In this document: positions 1 through 13,503 of the stretch, in pieces | Position numbering within the stretch: the first letter of the stretch is position 1 | Layout of the letters: each line of letters begins with the position of its first letter | Assembly: GCA_965205505.1 (NCBI GenBank) | Contig: CBDBHB010000009.1 | Location: 1,728,001 to 1,792,000, forward strand | Reading direction: 5' to 3' | DNA: 64,000 bases | Source: Acidobacteriota bacterium | GTDB lineage: Bacteria > Acidobacteriota > UBA890 > WLXD01 | The notes under the pieces: model-generated | The model's input: the letters and a program-made list of their open reading frames with translations, nothing else | The model's database searches: none | Told to the model about the DNA's origin: nothing | Program-made: the position numbers and the translations under genes

Positions 1-477
1 GATGGGGTGCCGGTGCTGATGGCATACGGCGCCGAGGTCGAGTTGGCCTGCAGGGAGAGCACGCGGCGGATTCCGTTGAGCGGCTTCTACCATGGCTACA
101 AGCAGCTCGAAATGCGACCCGATGAACTCATCACACGGGTGTGGGTGCCGCGCCGCGAGCATCGCTTCGAGGAGTTCATCAAAGTCGGGTCGCGCCGTGC
201 TCAGGCAATCAGCAAGGTGGGTGTCGCGTTGGCGTGTTCGGACGAGGGCTGGCGCGTGGTCGCCAACAGCATGGCAGCGACGGTCTGCCGGTGCCCGCGA
301 CTGGAGCGCCTGCTCGACGCCGAGGTCGAGGTGAGCTCGCCGGCCGACCTGCTGGAGGCGATCCGCGGCGATGTGTCGCCGATTGACGACATCCGCTCGA
401 CGGCGCGCTATCGCCAAAAGGTGATGAGTCGCGTCGTTTACCATTTCCTTCGCGCCAAGTGCGCGTGGGTCCATTGA
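1..477 (+). CDS. Xanthine dehydrogenase-family FAD-binding subunit, C-terminal part (5' end outside window)
   Basis: RRIPLSGFYHGYKQLEMRPDELI, KVGSRRAQAISKV and SPIDDIRSTARYR match the molybdenum-hydroxylase FAD subunit C-terminus; purine catabolism context. Confidence 0.85.
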   Translation, partial: DGVPVLMAYGAEVELACRESTRRIPLSGFYHGYKQLEMRPDELITRVWVPRREHRFEEFIKVGSRRAQAISKVGVALACSDEGWRVVANSMAATVCRCPRLERLLDAEVEVSSPADLLEAIRGDVSPIDDIRSTARYRQKVMSRVVYHFLRAKCAWVH

Positions 478-496
478 CCGACCCGGTGCTCGCCCC

Positions 497-1867
497 ATGA
501 AGCGTTCCTTCAATGATCACGTGCTCGATGACCTCGGGCAGCGTATTCGACCTCTGACCGATGACCTCGCCGAGCGTTATCCCGGTGAGTCGTCCGACCG
601 GCAGCCGGTACACACTGTTTACGGCGGCGCCCAGCTGTTCCGCGCCGGCACTGCGCGTCGCTTGGGAGACCTGGCGTTGCGTGAGCTCGATACGTATGCG
701 CCTGACGCGGCGACGTTCGGCGATGCGATTGGCCTGGCGGCGGACGACGGGTTGCGCCAGAGAATCTACGAGCGCGTGCGCACCAAGCTCGAGACCGAGC
801 CCGTCGAAGACTTTCGACTCGACTTCGAAGACGGCTACGGAAACCGCCCGGATGTTGAAGAAGACGCTTGCGCCGTCGCCGCAGCCGAGGCGGTTGCCGA
901 AGGTCTGGCCACCGCTGCGCTGCCGCCGTTCATCGGTATTCGCGTCAAGCCCCTGGACGAGGAGATGTACCGCCGCAGCGTGTCGACGCTCGATATCTTC
1001 ATTACGACGCTGCTCGACCGAACCGGGGGGCTACTTCCCGACGGTTTCGCGGTGACGCTGCCGAAGATAATGGATCCAGAGGAGGTAAAGCTCTTCGTCG
1101 ACGTGCTCGAGCAACTGGAGCTCGCCGTCGGCCTCGAACCCGGGGCGCTACGGCTGGAGCTCATGATCGAGACGCCCCAGTCGATCATCGCCAGCGATGG
1201 GTCATCGATGTTGCCGGCGCTGGTCAAGGCGACGCGTGGGCGCTGTGTGGGGGCACACTTCGGTGTCTATGATTACACCGCTGCGGCGGGAATCAGCGCC
1301 CAGTACCAGGTAATGGACCATCCCGCATGTGACTTTGCCCGCCACATGATGAAGGTTGCCTTGGCCGGAACCGGCGTGATGCTCTCTGACGGGGCTACCA
1401 ACGTGATCCCGGTTCCGGTTCACCGCGCTGGCCCGGATACCGAGCTAACACGAGTGCAGGTGGAAGAGAATCGACGTTCCTTCCACTCCGCTTGGCGCCT
1501 GCACTACGAGCACGTGCGCCACTCGCTGCGACACGGCTTTTACCAAGGCTGGGACCTGAATCCTTCGCAGCTGCCGACTCGATATGCGGCGGTATACGCA
1601 TTCTTTCTCGAGAATGTAGATGCCGCGAGTCGCCGTTTGCGGAATTTCGTATCGGTGGCGGCGCAAGCTACGCTCGTGGGCCAGGTCTTCGACGACGCCG
1701 CAACCGGACAAGGCCTGTTGAACTTCTTCCTGCGAGGCCTCGGCTGCGGCGCTTTGAGCGAGCGTGAGGTGCTCGAGACCGGACTCTCACTGGACGAGCT
1801 GCGAGGTCGCTCGTTCGCGAAGATCCTGGCGGGCCGCCGCGGCGAAACGCTCGAAGGCGAGCGCTAG
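497..1867 (+). CDS. HpcH/HpaI aldolase / citrate-lyase-family TIM barrel (DUF6986-like)
   Basis: RQPVHTVYGGA, DFRLDFEDGYG, ELMIETPQS, HFGVYDY, LSDGATN and GFYQGWDL motifs; 456 aa. Confidence 0.8.
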   Translation: MKRSFNDHVLDDLGQRIRPLTDDLAERYPGESSDRQPVHTVYGGAQLFRAGTARRLGDLALRELDTYAPDAATFGDAIGLAADDGLRQRIYERVRTKLETEPVEDFRLDFEDGYGNRPDVEEDACAVAAAEAVAEGLATAALPPFIGIRVKPLDEEMYRRSVSTLDIFITTLLDRTGGLLPDGFAVTLPKIMDPEEVKLFVDVLEQLELAVGLEPGALRLELMIETPQSIIASDGSSMLPALVKATRGRCVGAHFGVYDYTAAAGISAQYQVMDHPACDFARHMMKVALAGTGVMLSDGATNVIPVPVHRAGPDTELTRVQVEENRRSFHSAWRLHYEHVRHSLRHGFYQGWDLNPSQLPTRYAAVYAFFLENVDAASRRLRNFVSVAAQATLVGQVFDDAATGQGLLNFFLRGLGCGALSEREVLETGLSLDELRGRSFAKILAGRRGETLEGER

Positions 1868-2133
1868 TGTGCTGTATCCGATATGGCTTGACGCTTGTAG
1901 CGAGCGCGACGGGGCGAGTCCGCGGAGCGGCGACGAGGGCGATGTTGGTACATCGTCGAGGAGCCGCGACGAAGGAATCGCCCGGTCCCGCCGCTACCCT
2001 ACGGGCAGAGGGACTTGCGGGCGATCTCGGCGTCAGGACCCGTCGACGATACGAAAGCATCGCCTTCCGGGCCCATCCTTGAGCTCCCCCGCAATTCCCT
2101 CTGCAAGCGTCAAGCCATATCGGAGATAGCACA
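1868..2133. mobile_element. MITE (non-autonomous element), 266 bp, flanked by duplicated CTAG
   Basis: 33-bp terminal inverted repeats TGTGCTGTATCCGATATGGCTTGACGCTTGTAG (1868-1900) and CTGCAAGCGTCAAGCCATATCGGAGATAGCACA (2101-2133), 3 mismatches; CTAG at 1864-1867 and 2134-2137; no credible internal ORF. Confidence 0.85.
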
Positions 2134-2475
2134 CTAGCTACCCCGGTAGGTCGAGAAGCCGAACGGGCTCAACAGCAGCGGTACGTGATAGTGTTCGTTC
2201 AGTGCCTCGATCGCGAATACGATGTCGACGCGAGGATAGAAGCACGCGGTTCCGTGCGACTCGTAGTACGCGCCGGTGGCGAATCGCAGGCGATAGGTGC
2301 CCGGCGCCAATTCCTCACCTTGTTGCTGAAAGCTCCCGGCGCGCCCGTCGCCGTCGGTGATGCTCGTGGCAAGGCGCTCCCACCCGTCCGCTTGGCGTTG
2401 ATACAAGGCTACGCGCACGTCAGCGGCCGGGCCACCTAGCGCGGTATCGAGAACGTGCGTGCTGACGGTGCTCAT
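2134..2475 (-). CDS. uraH: 5-hydroxyisourate hydrolase (transthyretin-like)
   Basis: STHVLDT N-terminus and HYHVPLLLSPFGFSTYRGS C-terminal signature. Confidence 0.95.
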   Translation of the reverse strand: MSTVSTHVLDTALGGPAADVRVALYQRQADGWERLATSITDGDGRAGSFQQQGEELAPGTYRLRFATGAYYESHGTACFYPRVDIVFAIEALNEHYHVPLLLSPFGFSTYRGS

Positions 2476-2984
2476 AGGCTCAACAGCTTACCCAACCGCA
2501 GGCGGGTGATGCGACGCTGCTCCTCGCCGGCGACTCCAATCTCGGTGTCGGGCTCGTTGAGCAGCCGGCTCTCGGCTTGTGCCAGCATCTCGGCGGCGTT
2601 CTTGCCGGTGGCGCAGATCAAGAAGGTATAGCCGAAGCGTTCGTAGTAATGGTCGTTGGCGGTCCGCAAGCGTTGACGCACCGACGCGATGGCCGAGTCC
2701 ACGCCACACTGCTCGCTGCTCGACCAGTCGCGCGTGGATCGGAATTGATCCTGCTGCGAGTCGTTTCCGGCGATACGCGGATGATGGCCGAACGCCTCGA
2801 GCCAGTCGTCGGGCCCTAGCGCTGCCCAAACTTCGGCGGCGGCGTCGAGCAGCTCGACGCTGTCGGCGAACGGGCGCCGGGCGACCATGGCGTCGGTCCA
2901 GCGGCGTGAGCCGCAGCAGCGGAGAAGCTCGCTTGCAGCGACGTCGGGGGGTAGCCGGTTCAGCCACTCCAAGCGCGACCGCAT
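2472..2984 (-). CDS. uraD: OHCU decarboxylase
   Basis: CCGSRRW, EAFGHHPRI, SSSEQ, NDHYYERFGYTFLICATG and EQRRITRLRL motifs; coupled to uraH. Confidence 0.93.
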   Translation of the reverse strand: MRSRLEWLNRLPPDVAASELLRCCGSRRWTDAMVARRPFADSVELLDAAAEVWAALGPDDWLEAFGHHPRIAGNDSQQDQFRSTRDWSSSEQCGVDSAIASVRQRLRTANDHYYERFGYTFLICATGKNAAEMLAQAESRLLNEPDTEIGVAGEEQRRITRLRLGKLLSL

Positions 2985-3976
2985 TATTCGGCGGGGCGCC
3001 CGAGCACGCGAAGCCGGGCCACACCGCCATCGGGAAAGATGTTCAGCCGTACGTGGGTACCGGTCACGGCGTCGTCGAGCTCGAAGCGATGACTGCGGTC
3101 AGCCTCGAGCTTCGATTCGGGGACCAACGGTCGCCAGTCGCTCGCCATCACCGGGGCGAGCGGGTCACCAGCGGTTGTCAGGTCCGCAATGTCCACGCTG
3201 CAGCGGTCCGGGTAGTTGCCGTTGAAGTGGGAGGTCTCGATCACGACCGCCTGCACGGAGCCACGCTGCCCCAGCCTGACGATGCACCAATCGTGTCCCG
3301 GACCACGTCGTCGCCGCGTTTCCCAGCCGTCGTGCATGCCGCTCGAGGTGCCCGGGGCAATCAGATTCTGCGGGGCCGAAAAATACTTGTCGCTGCAATC
3401 GACGATGTTGCCACCGCCCATCGCCGCGCCGAGATCGACCGGCGCATCGAGGTGCGTGCCCTGGGCGGGAGTGGCAACGCCGTACAGGCGGAGGCGCGCC
3501 ACCCCGCCATCCGGATAGATGTTTAGGCGGACGTGGGTGAACGTGTCGGACGATGCCAGGGCGAACCGGTTCACCGAGTCGCCGTTCAGCGGCGAGCGCG
3601 CCAGGATCTCGTGCCATTCGGCTCCGTCTGGCGGGATCTCGTCCGCACAATGGCAGGCGTCGATCGAGCAGCTCGCCGGGTGGTTGCCGCTGAAGTGGGT
3701 CGTCTCCACGCCCACGCCGACGATCCGGCCAGACACTCCGAGCCGTACGATGCACCAGTCGTTGCCAGGCGTGCGCCGACGGCGTGACTCCCAGCCGTCC
3801 ATCCATTTGCCTCGGTCCGTATATTCGCCGGGCCGGAACACCGGAGCCTCGTCCTTCACCAGATTCTCCTTGCCGGCGAAGAACTCGTCGTTGGTGAGGA
3901 CGGCGCGGCCGCCGAGCCGGGCCGCCGCCAGATCGGTGAGGCGCGCGAAGTCGCTGCTATCGAAGGTGTCGCTCAT
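2984..3976 (-). CDS. alc: Allantoicase
   Basis: Duplicated DGWESRRRR / DGWETRRRR and RLNIYPDGGVARLR motifs; start taken at MSDTFD, overlapping the allB stop. Confidence 0.95.
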   Translation of the reverse strand: MSDTFDSSDFARLTDLAAARLGGRAVLTNDEFFAGKENLVKDEAPVFRPGEYTDRGKWMDGWESRRRRTPGNDWCIVRLGVSGRIVGVGVETTHFSGNHPASCSIDACHCADEIPPDGAEWHEILARSPLNGDSVNRFALASSDTFTHVRLNIYPDGGVARLRLYGVATPAQGTHLDAPVDLGAAMGGGNIVDCSDKYFSAPQNLIAPGTSSGMHDGWETRRRRGPGHDWCIVRLGQRGSVQAVVIETSHFNGNYPDRCSVDIADLTTAGDPLAPVMASDWRPLVPESKLEADRSHRFELDDAVTGTHVRLNIFPDGGVARLRVLGRPAE

Positions 3977-5328
3977 CGTGGTGCGTCGATCCACAGGCCG
4001 TGCGCGCCGTCGATTTCCCCTCTGTCGTAGATGCAGCGGCCGCGCAGAAATGTGGCGACTACCCTGCCACGCAGTGCCATCCCCGCATAGGGAGTGTCGG
4101 GGTGCCGGTGAAACAGCGCGGCGGGGTCGACGCGGAACGATGCGTCCGGGTCGAAGACCACGAAATCGGCATCGAGGCCCGGGGCGATCGAGCCTTTGCG
4201 ATGCTCGATCCCGGCCAGGCGGGCGGGCTCTGTGCACATCCAGGCACGAACCCGGTCGAGGTCATGACCGCGCTGGCGCGCCTCCGTCCAGATGAGCGCG
4301 AGTCCGAGCTGCAGGCTGGCTATGCCGCCCCAGGCGCGGCAGAAGTCACCGCTGTCGAGACACCTCAATTCAGTGGGGCAGGGCGAGTGGTCCGAGGCGA
4401 TGAAGTCGATAGCGCCGGCGCCCAGCGCCCGCCAGAGTGCCTCGCCGTTGGCTCTCTCACGGATCGGTGGTGCGCACTTGAACTGGGTGCCTCCATCGGG
4501 CACGTGCTCCGCTGCCAGCGTCAAGTAGTGGGGGCAGGTCTCGACCGTAATCGGCGTGCCCGAGCGTCGCGCAGCGGCCAGCAGGGGGACACAGCTGGCA
4601 GCCGACAGGTGCACCACGTGGGTGTGGCAACGAGAGCTCTCGCTGAGCGCGATCAGGCGCTCTATCGACGTGTGCTCTGCGGCCTCCGGCCTGGAGGCGA
4701 GATAGCTGCTGTATGAGCTCGGTGAGTTCTTCAGGCCGCACGAAGCGGCGGCGAGCTCCAGATCGCCGGGGTCTTCCGCGTGCACTAGAAGCGGCTTGCC
4801 CCGTGGCACCAGCAATTCGGCGGCGCGCTCCAAGTCTGCATCGGACAGAGCGGGGAAATCGTCGAGGCCGGAAGAGCACAGAAAGCACTTGAGCCCGCGC
4901 ACCCCGGCATCGAGCAGATCCTCGATGTGATCCCGGTTACCTGGCACGACCCCGCCCCAGAAGCCGTAGTCGACGCTACACTTGTCCGCCGCGGCCTCGA
5001 TCTTGGCCCGCAGCGCCTCCGCAGTGGTGGTTACGGGCGAGCTGTTGAGCGGCATGTCGATGATGGTGGTCACTCCGCCCGCCGCCGCCGCCATCGAGGC
5101 GGTCTCGAAGCCCTCCCAGTGGGTGCGGCCAGGCTCGTTGACGTGCACGTGCGGATCGACAAGGCCCGGGAGCAGCCACAGATTGTCGAGATCGTGCCGT
5201 TGGGCCGCCGTAAGGCTGCCGGCATCGGCGATGATCTCGACGCACCCGTTTCGTACCCCGACGTCGGCTGCCTGAACGCCGCCCGGCAATGCGACCCGGG
5301 AGCTGGTCAATACGCTGTCCAGCTGCAT
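3973..5328 (-). CDS. allB: Allantoinase
   Basis: PGLVDPHVHVNEPGRTHWEGF, DMPLNSSP, ETCPHYL, FKCAPPIR and SDHSPC motifs. Confidence 0.93.
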   Translation of the reverse strand: MQLDSVLTSSRVALPGGVQAADVGVRNGCVEIIADAGSLTAAQRHDLDNLWLLPGLVDPHVHVNEPGRTHWEGFETASMAAAAGGVTTIIDMPLNSSPVTTTAEALRAKIEAAADKCSVDYGFWGGVVPGNRDHIEDLLDAGVRGLKCFLCSSGLDDFPALSDADLERAAELLVPRGKPLLVHAEDPGDLELAAASCGLKNSPSSYSSYLASRPEAAEHTSIERLIALSESSRCHTHVVHLSAASCVPLLAAARRSGTPITVETCPHYLTLAAEHVPDGGTQFKCAPPIRERANGEALWRALGAGAIDFIASDHSPCPTELRCLDSGDFCRAWGGIASLQLGLALIWTEARQRGHDLDRVRAWMCTEPARLAGIEHRKGSIAPGLDADFVVFDPDASFRVDPAALFHRHPDTPYAGMALRGRVVATFLRGRCIYDRGEIDGAHGLWIDAPR

Positions 5329-5395
5329 GCAAGCAGGGTACAGTTCCCGTGATCCGGACGTCCCCGTCTACCATGGCCTGTCAGGAGTTCCACCG

Positions 5396-6157
5396 ATGAA
5401 GTTCCGCCTTGCCGTGCTGCCGTTGGCACTTACCACCGCCCTCCTTGGATGCTCGACGCAAGATCAAGACGTCGCCAACGTCGCGAGCGACGACGCGATG
5501 GCGGAACCGGAGCACGGTGACGGAGAGGTCGCCGCAGACGACGATCACCACGGCGAAGGCAGAACGAACCGTGATCATTTCTCCAAGCCTGACCAGGTGT
5601 ATGCCTTCCTGGGCATCGGTGTCGGCGATCGCGTTGTCGATGTCATGTCAGGGGGCGGCTACAACGCCGAGCGACTCGCTCACCTGGTGGGAGAAACGGG
5701 CGTCGTCGTGGCCGAAGGCGGCAGCGAGGAGTTCAGATTCCGCTTCGACGAGGGCGGTGATCTGGCGACCGCGGGCAACGTCCGTTTCGTCGAAGACCTC
5801 GCCGAGCTGGAGGACGGCAGCCTCGATGCCGTGGTGGCCGTTCGTGCGTACCATCTCTTCCCGGACGTGCCCGCGACCCTCGCCGAGCTGCACCGCGCCC
5901 TGGTGCCGGGGGGAGTCGTCGGTGTGGTCGAGGTGCGTCTGAATCAGGCCGAAGGTCACGATATGGCGTCGCATCGTGTCGGCGAGGGAACCGTCATCGC
6001 CGACCTCGAAGCGGCGGGGTTCGAGTACGTCGGCGAGTCGGATATCTTGAAGCGCGACGACGATGACTACGCGGTCTTCATTCAGCCGGGCAAAACTCGC
6101 TACATGACCGATCGAATGTTGCTGAAGTTCCGCAAGCCCGGAGGCGCCACCGACTAG
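5396..6157 (+). CDS. Lipoprotein, class I SAM-dependent methyltransferase
   Basis: Lipobox LLGC, acidic/His-rich linker, VVDVMSGGGY motif I, C-terminal TDRMLLKFRKP; AGGAG upstream of ATG 5396. Confidence 0.75.
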   Translation: MKFRLAVLPLALTTALLGCSTQDQDVANVASDDAMAEPEHGDGEVAADDDHHGEGRTNRDHFSKPDQVYAFLGIGVGDRVVDVMSGGGYNAERLAHLVGETGVVVAEGGSEEFRFRFDEGGDLATAGNVRFVEDLAELEDGSLDAVVAVRAYHLFPDVPATLAELHRALVPGGVVGVVEVRLNQAEGHDMASHRVGEGTVIADLEAAGFEYVGESDILKRDDDDYAVFIQPGKTRYMTDRMLLKFRKPGGATD

Positions 6158-7557
6158 ATGAGATGAGAAGGCCAACCTCCTGAACGCAGTAGCCTGACGG
6201 CTCTGCAAACGTTTCTTCAAACGTAACGGGCTCGAAGCCCAAGGAGGTTGGCCGATGAGGAGTGTAACGATTGGACTGGACGTAAGCGACCGGTACAGCC
6301 GTATGTGCGTGCTCGACAGTAAGGGCAGGGTGATGGAGGAAGGGCGGGTGAGGACGAGCCCGGAGGGGCTGGCGAGGCGGTTCGGGTGCGAGGAGCCCGC
6401 TCGAGTAGTGCTGGAGGTTGGAACGCACTCGCCGTGGATGAGTGAGCAGTTGAAGCAACTGGGTCATGAGGTGCTGGTGGCTAACCCGAGGCGGCTGAAG
6501 CTGATCTATGGCGAGCACGGACCGACCGGTTGGATGCCGAGCACCTGGCACGAGTGGGCAGAATGGACCCAAAGCTGCTTAAGACGGTGCAGCATCGAGG
6601 CAGACAAGCGCGAGCGGATCTAGCCGTGATTCGGAGCCGAGATGCTCTGGTAAAGAGCTGCACGCAGTTGGTGAGCCATGTGCGTGGTGCGGTCAAGTCG
6701 GCCGGTTGTCGTATTCCCAGGTGCTCGACGCCGGCGTTCGCGCGCACCGCGCCAGAGCACATACCGGAGCGGCTCAAGGGAGCGCTCGAGCCGGTGCTTG
6801 AAACGATCGCCATGCTGACGGGCAACATCCAGCAATACGAGCGTCAGATCGCGCAGCTGTGCCAGGGGCGATACCCGGAGACACAGCAGCTCCAGCAAGT
6901 GGCCGGGGTCGGAGCTCTGACCGCACTGGCGTATGTGCTGACGCTCGAGGAGCCGGAGCGGTTCAATACCTCCAGAGCCGTGGGCCCGTACCTGGGACTG
7001 AGACCGAAGAAACGGCAGTCGGGGGACAAGGACCCTGCGCTACGAATAACCAAGGCGGGCGACAAAATGCTCCGACGCCTGTTGGTGGGCTCGGCGCATT
7101 ACATCCTGGGCCCCTTCGGGCCCGATACTGAGCTCAGACGCTGGGGGCTCAAGCTGGCCGGACGCGGTGGTCCTCATGGCAACAAAAAGGCAGCAGTTGC
7201 TGTCGCCCGTAAGCTCGCCGTTGTGCTGCACCGACTGTGGCTGAGTGGAGACGAGTACGAACCGTTGCGCGCACCTGTAGAGGTTTCAGCAGCATGAACT
7301 AACCCGCAACCAGGAGGTCGGTAGGGCGACGCGACCCAACGGTTATCGATCTGACCGCCCGGTCCGGGCGACTGCGAAGGTCACTACGAGCTTCGAGCTC
7401 GGCAGCTAGATTGCAGCGCCTCGAATCGGGACGGACCCCAGAATGCACCGGACGACCTGAATCCTCGTCCACCAGAGTGCGAATAGGAGCATGGCGTGCA
7501 GATCGATTCTTCGCTGGGCACCACATTGCCCTTGACCGAACTAGGCCTTCTCTTAGA
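6158..7557 (+). mobile_element. IS110 family (IS1111-type) insertion sequence
   Basis: Sub-terminal inverted repeat GAGAAGGCC (6165-6173) / GGCCTTCTC (7544-7552); TAGA at both junctions; DEDD recombinase ORF; ~245-bp non-coding right end. Confidence 0.85.
6255..7297 (+). pseudogene. IS110 DEDD recombinase/transposase, frameshifted near 6520
   Basis: IGLDVS and VVLEVG in the first frame; TDRLDAEHLAR, YLGLRP..RQSG, ITKAGD and AVAVARKLA in the second. The frameshift could be a sequencing error. Confidence 0.85.
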
Positions 7558-7619
7558 AGTGGCCTGTAGCAGATGATCTGTTACAGGCCACTCGCAGGCC
7601 GTGGTGAAAGTGTGGCCTG

Positions 7620-7620
<1 letters not shown>
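7558..7620. repeat. Tandem REP-like hairpins between convergent genes
   Basis: AGTGGCCTGTA...TACAGGCCACT (7558-7592), then GCAGGCC...GGCCTGC (7594-7620). Confidence 0.6.
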
Positions 7621-12700
<5,080 letters not shown>

Positions 12701-12804
12701 CGTGGGCAAGCGGAAGCGGCGCCGAGCGGCTCTCGGAGGCGGGCGGTACCGAGCCGTGCGCCGACGATCATCGTAGCAGGCTCGCGCTGGGTGGTAAAAC
12801 GAGC

Positions 12805-13503
12805 TCAGTGGCCGTCCGAGCTCGCCGCCTCCGTCAGCGGTGGGTAGAACTGCACGAAGACGTTGTCGATCGCGCCGTGTTCCGCATGGCACGCGCCGCA
12901 GGCCGGGGTACCTACGCGACGGGCGACCCCAGACGTGTCGACGTTGAAGTAGGCCCAACCCCCGAAACGCTCGGTGTCCTTGATGGCGGCGTGGATGCCC
13001 TGAAGGTCTCCGGCGAACCAGCCGTCGCCGGCTATCGAGACGCCGGTCGTCGGCTCGCGCATCTCGAGGGCGAAGGTGGTGCCTTCCTTGAACTGCCCCG
13101 TCTGTCGGAAGTGGTGGTACGCACCAGGCTCAAGATAAACCTGGGTAAACACGCCAGGGTGATCCTGGCCGTTACGATCACCGCGCCGACGTGTTGCCGA
13201 GGTCTCACCATAGGCCAGGCCGGTGGCAGAGCCCACGAAGACCCACTCCCGGTACGCGTTTGGGAACTTCAAGTTCCCATCGACTCCGAAAGCGAGCGTG
13301 AAGGGCTCGGCGGCGAGCGCCGTCTGGCCGCTCGACGGCTCCGGGGTTGCTCGTAGCCAAGCGGCTCCGGCGCGCCCCCCCAGTTCCAGGAGGTCGACGC
13401 CGGCTCGCTTGAGCGGTCCGTACCCGGCGACGACAGCGACGGCCAGAAGACCGACGATGACGGCGCGCCCCCGATCCGGGGAGCGCTGCCGCGGGACATC
13501 CAT
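12805..13503 (-). CDS. Cytochrome P460 / c'-beta family protein
   Basis: [16 protein letters not shown]-terminal CGACH heme motif, DNVFVQFYP; N-terminal hydrophobic segment. Confidence 0.85.
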   Translation of the reverse strand: MDVPRQRSPDRGRAVIVGLLAVAVVAGYGPLKRAGVDLLELGGRAGAAWLRATPEPSSGQTALAAEPFTLAFGVDGNLKFPNAYREWVFVGSATGLAYGETSATRRRGDRNGQDHPGVFTQVYLEPGAYHHFRQTGQFKEGTTFALEMREPTTGVSIAGDGWFAGDLQGIHAAIKDTERFGGWAYFNVDTSGVARRVGTPACGACHAEHGAIDNVFVQFYPPLTEAASSDGH

